From positions 41,554 to 73,553 of the forward strand of contig NZ_FUWK01000007.1 in NCBI RefSeq assembly GCF_900167395.1: a stretch of DNA of 32,000 nt. Reading direction: 5' to 3'. The notes beneath the pieces were generated by a model, which made no database searches, was not told where the DNA came from, and saw only the letters and a program-made list of their open reading frames with translations. Positions 10,017-17,297 of the stretch are shown here, piece by piece (position 1 is the first letter of the stretch; the number at the start of each line of letters is the position of its first letter). The translations under genes were made by a program, and so were the position numbers. Origin of the DNA: Nitrosomonas europaea (GTDB taxonomy: Bacteria > Pseudomonadota > Gammaproteobacteria > Burkholderiales > Nitrosomonadaceae).

Positions 10017-12404
10017 ATGAGCATATCTCTGGCTTCTGAAGCCGGTTCCGGCATCATCCCAGGCAATGGGATTCCGTCGGATTCTGCCGGGCGTTTGCAA
10101 TCTGTGATTGACAGGATTCAGGCGGCGGGAAATGTTGATGAAATCATATTCGAAACAAGCCGGGATATCTGCGAGATTTTCAACGCGGATCGCCTGACGG
10201 TCTATACCCTCGGTGACGATAAAACCAGTCTTACGTCACGTGTTAAAACCGGACTGGATTCCTGGCAGAATCTGAAACTGCCCATCAACGAACACAGTAT
10301 TGCCGGCTTTGTGGGGCTGCACAAACAAGCCGTCAATTTCAGAGATGTTTATGATCGGTGTGAGCTCAGGGAACAGAGTGAATATCTGCGTTTCTTGCAG
10401 GAAGTGGACAAGCGGACCGGCTACCGGACCAAACAGATGCTTGTGGTACCGATTCTGAATGCCGGTGATAACGATCTGCTGGGTGTGGTGCAGCTCATTA
10501 ACAACAAGGCCGATGAACCTTTCTCGCAAAGGGTTGTGGATGAATTGAGTGAAATCTGCCAGGCGTTGGCAGTCGCCATCAGGCAGCGCCAGATGCAGCA
10601 GTTACTGGGCAGAACCCGTTATGATCAGTTGATCGTCAATGCCTTGATCAGTGCCAGCGAATTTGAGTTGGCAACCAGGCAGGCGCGTGAAACAGGCCGC
10701 GATCTGGAAGATGTGCTGATCGATGAATTCGGCATCAGTGTGACGCAGGTGGGTGGAGCACTGGCTGTCTTCTTTGGCGTGAGATATGAACGATACCGGC
10801 CGGATCGGATCAAGCCGATGGACCTGCTCAAGAATCTCAAACGTGAATTTGTCGAGAGCAACAGTTGGCTGCCGATCGATGATGGAACTGAAGGGTTGAT
10901 GGTGCTAACCCTGGATCCCGAACGTATCAGAGCATTACGTATCGTCAACCAGATTTTTCCAAAGCGCAAGATCATCTACGCGGTTTGTACCCGGCGTGAA
11001 TTTCAGGCCATGCTGGATCTGTTTTATGGCGGTAATGAAACCGAGAATCTGGGTGGCAGCATCGATGAAATGCTTTCCAATCTGGGTGAGGGCGATGGCG
11101 GGGAAGAAACCAGAGAGACTGATACGGATGAAGCTTCCGCTGCGGCGGATAACGAACTGGTCAAACTGGTCAACCGCATCATCATGGATGCCTATAAAAC
11201 AGGTGCTTCGGATATTCATGTCGAACCCTTGCCGGGTAAGGGGAAAACCAGTATTCGCTTCCGCAAGGATGGTTCACTGATGCCCTATATCGAAATTCCA
11301 GCCAGTTATCGCAATCCGCTGGTGACCCGTATCAAGATCATGTGTGATCTCGATATTTCAGAAAAGCGTAAACCGCAGGATGGCAAGATCAAGTTTCGCA
11401 AGTTTGCGCCTCTTGATATCGAGCTTCGGGTCGCGACGATTCCTTCGGCTGGCGGTGTGGAAGACGTAGTGATGCGTATTCTGGCGGCTGGTGAGCCGAT
11501 TCCACTGGAGAAAATGGGATTTACCTCCTTCAACCTGGAACGGCTGAAATCGATCATCAGTAAGCCTTACGGGCTGTTCTTCGTCTGCGGTCCGACGGGT
11601 TCCGGTAAAACGACGACGCTGCATTCCATTCTCAAATATCTGAACCGGCCGGAAACCAAAATCTGGACGGCGGAAGATCCGGTTGAAATTACGCAGAAAG
11701 GATTGCGTCAGGTGCAGATCAACCCGAAAGCCGGCCTGACATTCGCCACGATCATGAAATCCTTTCTGCGGGCAGACCCCGATATCATCATGGTGGGTGA
11801 AATGCGTGACAAGGAAACAACCAGTATCGGCATCGAGGCTTCGCTTACCGGACATCTGGTTTTCGCAACCCTGCACACCAACAGTGCACCCGAATCCATC
11901 ATCCGTTTGCTGGATATGGGCATGGATCCGTTCAATTTTGCTGATGCGTTGCTCGGGATTCTGGCGCAACGTCTGGCCAAGCGACTGTGCAAATGTAAAA
12001 AACCTCACGTGGCCAGTCGGGAGGAAATTCGCGCGCTGCTGGTAGAGTATTGTGAAGAACTGAAGAATATCGGGAGCTTCAAGGCCGATCCTGATGCAGC
12101 CTGCCGTGAAATCGAATCTCGCTGGGTTCAGCAGTATGGCGATGAAAACGGGCAGATTACCCTGTATGAGCCGGTTGGTTGTGAGCACTGTACACAAACG
12201 GGCTATGCTGGCCGGGTGGGTTTGCATGAATTGCTGACTGCCACCGACGCACTCAAGAAAAATATACAGGAACACGCACGTGTTGCTGAAATGCTGGTAA
12301 CCGCATTGCATGACGGTATGCGTACCCTGAAACAGGACGGGATAGAAAAAGTGTTGCAGGGAATTACCGACATTCATCAGGTGCGGGCGGTGTGTATCAA
12401 ATGA
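10017..12404 (+). CDS. GspE/PilB-family secretion-type ATPase with N-terminal GAF-like and T2SSE_N (MshEN-like) domains
   Basis: The C-terminal core has Walker A GPTGSGKTTT, an Asp box EDPVE, Walker B DIIMVGEMRD, a His box LVFATLHTNSA and tetracysteine CKCK...CEHC. Residues about 35-195 look GAF-like (LLGVVQLINNK). Residues about 205-340 look T2SSE_N-like. GTG 10011 is an alternative start. Confidence 0.85.
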   Translation: MSISLASEAGSGIIPGNGIPSDSAGRLQSVIDRIQAAGNVDEIIFETSRDICEIFNADRLTVYTLGDDKTSLTSRVKTGLDSWQNLKLPINEHSIAGFVGLHKQAVNFRDVYDRCELREQSEYLRFLQEVDKRTGYRTKQMLVVPILNAGDNDLLGVVQLINNKADEPFSQRVVDELSEICQALAVAIRQRQMQQLLGRTRYDQLIVNALISASEFELATRQARETGRDLEDVLIDEFGISVTQVGGALAVFFGVRYERYRPDRIKPMDLLKNLKREFVESNSWLPIDDGTEGLMVLTLDPERIRALRIVNQIFPKRKIIYAVCTRREFQAMLDLFYGGNETENLGGSIDEMLSNLGEGDGGEETRETDTDEASAAADNELVKLVNRIIMDAYKTGASDIHVEPLPGKGKTSIRFRKDGSLMPYIEIPASYRNPLVTRIKIMCDLDISEKRKPQDGKIKFRKFAPLDIELRVATIPSAGGVEDVVMRILAAGEPIPLEKMGFTSFNLERLKSIISKPYGLFFVCGPTGSGKTTTLHSILKYLNRPETKIWTAEDPVEITQKGLRQVQINPKAGLTFATIMKSFLRADPDIIMVGEMRDKETTSIGIEASLTGHLVFATLHTNSAPESIIRLLDMGMDPFNFADALLGILAQRLAKRLCKCKKPHVASREEIRALLVEYCEELKNIGSFKADPDAACREIESRWVQQYGDENGQITLYEPVGCEHCTQTGYAGRVGLHELLTATDALKKNIQEHARVAEMLVTALHDGMRTLKQDGIEKVLQGITDIHQVRAVCIK

Positions 12405-12703
12405 TGTCGTGGCAGTGGTGTTTTGTTAGTGTGAACATGCCCTGCTGGTAATTTCAGTACAACCGGTTCCTGCTCTTGTCCTGCTGGTAGCCATGAATGT
12501 CTGGCTTGCAGCATGGCTGGATAACCGGCGTGGTTTTCCCCTAATTCCTTCTTTTGCTTTGAATAGATTCTGCTAGTCTTGCTGATGCAGAATGCATGCT
12601 TCGGGATGATGTTCTTCCAGGCTCACAATGGTGCTCCCCAGGCAGCCTTCCGGATATTTCCGGGTGATTACGACGATTGCAGTGAAGTTTCAGGAGGATA
12701 ATC

Positions 12704-13522
12704 ATGCAGATTTCAGATGACAAAAAGATATTACAGCTGGTCAAATCTTCGACTGCCAGTAAGAAGAGGGCGAGGGGGACGGTAAAAGGCCGGAATCCGG
12801 TGATCGGTGCAGATGAGTATGGTCAACAGGTCGAGCAGTACGCGCGTCGTATCCGGGAGACCAGTGATGTAAACGAGATTATCAATATTCTGGATACCGT
12901 GCTGGGAGAAACCCGGAATCTGCGTTACAGCAATGAGGTATATAGTGCGCAGGAACAGGTACGGCTTGCAGAAAAGCAGATCGAATCACTCAAACTGGAG
13001 CTGGAGCAACTGCGGGAGCTGATACATTACGATCCCATGACTGGCGCATTCAATCGGCGTGGCCTGGATGCTGTTTATGTGCGAGAGGCGGCGCGTGCTG
13101 ACCGAAACGAGAACACACTGTGTGCGGTTATGCTTGATCTGGATGACTTCAAGCAGATCAATGATACCTATGGTCATCAGTTTGGTGATGATGTTCTGGT
13201 TCATTTTGTGACGGTTGCAAAGAAATCATTACGGCCAAGTGATGTGGTCGCTCGTTATGGCGGCGAAGAATTTGTCGTATTGCTGCCGGATACCACGCTG
13301 GAATCGGCAGTCTGGGTGATGCAGCGTCTGCAGAATAACTTTTCCAGGAAAGTATTATCGGATATGGAGGGTAATTCCGTTCCGGTGACCTTTAGCGGGG
13401 GCGTTGTTTCCCGGCAGTTTCGCGAAGGTCAGAAGTCTTTGCTCAAACGTGCGGATGAGGCACTTTATCAGGCTAAGCAATCCGGTAAGAGCCGCGTAAT
13501 GATTACACCTGTTAATGAGTGA
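12704..13522 (+). CDS. diguanylate cyclase (GGDEF domain) with N-terminal coiled coil
   Basis: It has the active-site motif RYGGEEF, an I-site RPSD exactly 5 residues upstream and a DLDDFKQINDTYGH metal/substrate motif. ATG is preceded by AGGAGG. Confidence 0.9.
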   Translation: MQISDDKKILQLVKSSTASKKRARGTVKGRNPVIGADEYGQQVEQYARRIRETSDVNEIINILDTVLGETRNLRYSNEVYSAQEQVRLAEKQIESLKLELEQLRELIHYDPMTGAFNRRGLDAVYVREAARADRNENTLCAVMLDLDDFKQINDTYGHQFGDDVLVHFVTVAKKSLRPSDVVARYGGEEFVVLLPDTTLESAVWVMQRLQNNFSRKVLSDMEGNSVPVTFSGGVVSRQFREGQKSLLKRADEALYQAKQSGKSRVMITPVNE

Positions 13523-13528
13523 CATTTA

Positions 13529-14771
13529 ATGGAGAATATTTTTCTGGGTAAGCAGCCGATTCTGGATCGTAATCAGAATCTGGTTGCCTATGAGTTCCTG
13601 TTCCGGACAACAGAGGATAATCAGGCAAATGTTTCGGATGGTTTCCGTGCTTCTGCCAATGTAGTGGTGAATGTGTACGGTCACCTCGGGATTCAGCAGG
13701 TGCTGGGTAATCTGCGCGGATTCATCAACGTCAACCATGAGCTGCTTCTGGATGATGCAGTTTTGTTGCTGCCCAGTAAACATGTGGTGCTGGAACTGCT
13801 GGAAACGATTTCTGCCACACCTGAAGTAGTGCAGCGTTGTATCGAGCTGAAACAGATGGGATACCAGCTTGCGCTGGATGATGTGACCCGGATTGATGAC
13901 AGAATCGGACCATTGCTTCCGATCATCAATGTGGTCAAGGTTGATGTGCTGGCGCTGACTGATAATGAAATCATCGACTTGATCCAGAAACTGAGAGCAT
14001 GGCCGGTCATCCCGCTGGCAGAGAAAGTGGATAGCCCAGAACGTGCCAGAATGTGCATGGACTTGGGGTTCGAGATGTTTCAAGGTTATTTTTTTTGCCA
14101 GGCCGGTAATTGTTTCCGGTGGCAAGATCGAATCCGGAAGATTATCTCTTCTGCGATTGCTGTCGCTGGTGATGCGCGATGCGGAGATCGAGGAAATAGA
14201 ACAGCTGCTCAAGCATGAACCGGGTTTGAGTTACAGTCTTTTGCGAATGGTCAATTCGGTAGCGGCAGCATTGCCGCAGAAAATCGGTTCCATACGGCAG
14301 GCTATCATCGCGATGGGTTACCGGCCTTTGAAAAGGTGGGTTCAGTTACTGCTGTATGCTGCGGATCCTTCCGGAGAACTGAACGAGGCCAATGCGCTGA
14401 TGCAAACCGCAGCTATCCGTGGAAGACTGATGGAACTGATTGCAACCATTGATCGCCCGCATGACAAAAATTACCAGGATCGAGCTTTCATGACCGGGAT
14501 AATGTCTTTGCTGGACACGCTGTTTAGTATGGAAATTCAGCAGATCGTGGATAAGCTGGAAATGCCGGATGAAGTGATTCGTGCCCTGGTGCATCGTGAA
14601 GGTCGGCTTGGTTGTAAGCTGCGGCTGATCGAAGCCAGAGAAAAAGGAAATGCAGAACAGGTCGAGAAAGCCATGGCGGAACTCGAATTTCTCGATCGGC
14701 CTGATCTGGTAAAAGCAGATCTCGATGTTCTGGATTGGGCCAACCATATCAATCGGCCGGCCTCATCCTGA
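13529..14771 (+). pseudogene. EAL-like + HDOD domain signalling protein (COG3434/YuxH-type), split by a +1 frameshift in a T8 run
   Basis: ORF 13529..14218 carries the EAL-like part (VVLELLE, ALDDV, VKVD, AEKVDS, FQGYFF). ORF 14043..14771, in the +1 frame, continues with ARPVIVSGGKIE..LLRLLSLV and an HDOD-like region. Deleting one T at 14089-14096 gives the contiguous junction FQGYFFARPVIV. Confidence 0.8.
14089..14096 (+). repeat. T8 homopolymer at the frameshift site of the EAL-HDOD gene
   Basis: Direct count in the sequence: ggttaTTTTTTTTgcc. Seven Ts would keep the frame. Confidence 0.95.
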
Positions 14772-15053
14772 TCGATGCGGGTTTGTCTGTTGAGTTCTTC
14801 CTGCATGATAGCCATGTACGTGGAGCACAATCCTCAGGCCCGGTTAGGTCGTGTTGTTACTAAAATAGTTACTTCCATTGTAAAAAAATCTGGGTTAGAA
14901 TCATCTTCAGCTTTATGGGTTTGTAGAGGTAAGAAGGTACATAAAGTGAGTAATGCCGGGTACTTGGACTAAAAAGTCACCGTCCGTTTCCCGCGCGAAT
15001 GGGAGTTTATCCGAGGCAGGATAAAGAGTTTAACTATATTAGGAGGATAAAGC

Positions 15054-15194
15054 ATGGGATACAGTGATGCAGCGACAACCCAGAGAGAAATCGAAAAAAA
15101 TAGTGGAGCATGGAAAGTAATTTTGGTTAGTACAGCAGCTTTTATTGTAATCGGAGCTATAATCTGGTTCGGTGGAATCGGCGGCAAATACTAA
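15054..15194 (+). CDS. small (46 aa) predicted single-pass membrane protein, unlisted in the ORF track
   Basis: AGGAGG at 15041-15046 lies 7 nt upstream of ATG 15054. Translation is [46 protein letters not shown], a polar N-terminus followed by one hydrophobic helix. A hairpin plus T-run terminator lies 25 nt downstream. Confidence 0.55.
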   Translation: MGYSDAATTQREIEKNSGAWKVILVSTAAFIVIGAIIWFGGIGGKY

Positions 15195-15218
15195 TATTTA
15201 CCCCTTGTACCATATTCA

Positions 15219-15259
15219 GGCAATCTGGGTCCCGTTGGGTCCAGGTTGCCTTGTTTTTT
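15219..15259 (+). terminator. Rho-independent terminator
   Basis: Stem GGCAATCTGGGTCC / GGGTCCAGGTTGCC (14 bp including 3 G-U pairs), loop CGTT, followed by TTGTTTTTT. Confidence 0.6.
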
Positions 15260-15356
15260 GGGAAGCCGATTTTGTTAAAATTGCTGCCTTATCCGTACGG
15301 GCTCAGTAACTCTCAGTAAGTTTTCCTCTTCCTCCTTCTTAAGCAATTCTTCTTTT

Positions 15357-16745
15357 TCACACCTCTGTCATTTTTTGTGGGTCAACCCATACATCGAATT
15401 GTTCTGCGGTGACATAACCCAGCCTGATTGCGGCTTCTTTTAATGTCAGCATTTCATGATGGGCTTTTTTGGCTATTTCTGCTGCTTTGTCGTAACCAAT
15501 GTGAGGATTGAGCGCGGTTACCAGCATCAGAGACTCCTGTAAATGCTGCTTGATTCGTACTGTATTGGCCGTAATACCGGCTGCGCAATGGGTGTTGAAG
15601 CTTTCTGCACCATCTGCGAGCAAACGTGTACTTTGTAAAAAATTGTGAATGATCAGTGGTTTCATGGTATTGAGTTCGAAATTTCCCATGGCGCCTCCCA
15701 GATTGATTGCAACATCATTGCCCATGACCTGACAGGCAAGCATGACAACTGCTTCCGATTGGGTAGGATTGACTTTTCCGGGCATGATCGAACTGCCGGG
15801 TTCGTTCTCCGGGATAAGGATTTCACCAATACCGCAACGCGGGCCGGATGCCAGCCAGCGGACGTCATTGGCAATTTTGATCAGTATAGCTGCTAGTGTT
15901 TTCAGCACCCCATGCGCATGGACCAGTGCATCATGCGCGGCCAGTGCCTCAAATTTATTGGCAGCTGTTATAAAAGGATAGCCGCTGAGGCGTGCAATTT
16001 CTGCCGCGACACGGCGTGCAAATTCCGGATGGGTGTTGAGACCGGTACCTACGGCTGTCCCCCCCAGCGCCAGTTCGAGCAGATGCGGCAGCGCAGATTC
16101 GAGATGAGCCAGGCCATGATCGAGCTGTGAAACATAGCCTGAAAATTCCTGCCCCAGTGTAAGCGGGGTGGCATCCTGCAAATGTGTGCGGCCGATCTTG
16201 ACGATATCCGAAAATGCTGCCGATTTGGAAGATAATGTTTTACGTAGTGCTTCCAGTGCCGGAATCAACCGGTTGCGGATGGCTTCCACGGCAGCAATGT
16301 GCATGGCAGTGGGAAAAACGTCATTGGAAGATTGTCCTTTGTTGACATGGTCGTTAGGGTGCACCTTGCGACCTTTGCCCCGTGTACCGCCCAGAATTTC
16401 CGAAGCGCGGTTGGCCAGCACCTCGTTCATGTTCATATTGGTTTGTGTGCCGGAACCGGTTTGCCAAACTACCAACGGAAATTCGCCGGCGTGTTCTCCT
16501 GCCAGCACTTCATCGGCAGCGGTGATGATTGCCCGGGCGATGTTCTCGTCCAGTAATCCCAGATCATGATTGACACTGGCAGCGGCGCGTTTGACCAGCG
16601 CCAGTGCGTGGATCAGGGCTGACGGCATGCGTTCGCCCGAGATATTGAAGTTGTTGAGCGATCGTTGTGTCTGCGCACCCCAGAGGGCGCTGGCAGGCAC
16701 CTGTACTGTGCCTATTGCATCATGTTCTTCGCGATACTGGTCCAT
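15357..16745 (-). CDS. fumC: class II fumarate hydratase
   Basis: Fumarate lyase signature [16 protein letters not shown], an N-terminal [13 protein letters not shown] motif and a length of 462 aa. Confidence 0.95.
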   Translation of the reverse strand: MDQYREEHDAIGTVQVPASALWGAQTQRSLNNFNISGERMPSALIHALALVKRAAASVNHDLGLLDENIARAIITAADEVLAGEHAGEFPLVVWQTGSGTQTNMNMNEVLANRASEILGGTRGKGRKVHPNDHVNKGQSSNDVFPTAMHIAAVEAIRNRLIPALEALRKTLSSKSAAFSDIVKIGRTHLQDATPLTLGQEFSGYVSQLDHGLAHLESALPHLLELALGGTAVGTGLNTHPEFARRVAAEIARLSGYPFITAANKFEALAAHDALVHAHGVLKTLAAILIKIANDVRWLASGPRCGIGEILIPENEPGSSIMPGKVNPTQSEAVVMLACQVMGNDVAINLGGAMGNFELNTMKPLIIHNFLQSTRLLADGAESFNTHCAAGITANTVRIKQHLQESLMLVTALNPHIGYDKAAEIAKKAHHEMLTLKEAAIRLGYVTAEQFDVWVDPQKMTEV

Positions 16746-16790
16746 GGTAGTTTTCCAGAAAAAGTTAGCGGGTTTTGTGGAAAAGAATGA

Positions 16791-17210
16791 TCAGCCGTGG
16801 GTATTGAATTGCTGTTCAAACACTTCGAGTAATACTGGTGGCTGGGGCTGCCATCCTTTCTTACGATGTTCCGCGACGACATTGGTGAAAATACCCCCGC
16901 GCACATAGAATTTCGAAGTCAGCCGGATAAAACGGGGTTTCATGGCGGCCACCAGATCATCCAGAATCCGGTTGGTCACTGCTTCGTGGAAAGCGCCTTC
17001 ATCACGGTATGACCAGATGTAGAGCTTGAGACTCTTGAGTTCGATACATTTTTTGTCGGGAATATAATCCAGCGTCAGTCGTGCAAAATCCGGCTGTCCG
17101 GTTTTGGGGCAGAGGCAGGTAAATTCCGGTATTTCCATGTGAATCCGGTAATCACGTGTCTGGACGGGATTTTCGAAGGTTTCCAGTTGTTTTGAAGGCT
17201 GTGTGGTCAT
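16791..17210 (-). CDS. queF: NADPH-dependent 7-cyano-7-deazaguanine (preQ0) reductase, type I
   Basis: Catalytic Cys context [11 protein letters not shown], QueF motif [12 protein letters not shown] and a length of 139 aa. Confidence 0.9.
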   Translation of the reverse strand: MTTQPSKQLETFENPVQTRDYRIHMEIPEFTCLCPKTGQPDFARLTLDYIPDKKCIELKSLKLYIWSYRDEGAFHEAVTNRILDDLVAAMKPRFIRLTSKFYVRGGIFTNVVAEHRKKGWQPQPPVLLEVFEQQFNTHG

Positions 17211-17240
17211 GGTTTCCTTGGTTCTTTCAGTTCCTGGTTT

Positions 17241-17257
17241 TTCTAAATCATTTAGAA
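17241..17257. promoter_or_regulatory. perfect 8-1-8 palindrome TTCTAAAT-c-ATTTAGAA in the queF/smc divergent intergenic region (candidate operator)
   Basis: The palindrome is read directly from the sequence. It lies 31 nt upstream of the queF start and 41 nt upstream of the smc start. No regulator is assigned. Confidence 0.3.
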
Positions 17258-17297
17258 TAACCAGTTAGCTCAAAATTATAACCTGTTACCTTCCAAA

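Noticed and set aside
14043-14771. ORF 14043..14771 as an independent HDOD gene with its own start.
   Set aside because: Its first ~17 codons overlap the EAL-like ORF out of frame, and there is no RBS. The sequence joins seamlessly to the upstream ORF when one T of the T8 run is removed, so it is treated as the 3' part of one frameshifted gene.
14969-15187. 72-aa minus-strand ORF (TTG start) and 65-aa plus-strand ORF 14775..14972 in the gap before fumC.
   Set aside because: Neither has a properly spaced RBS or recognisable features. The minus ORF is antisense to the 46-codon ORF, which has AGGAGG-N7-ATG and a terminator, making the plus-strand small gene the better model.
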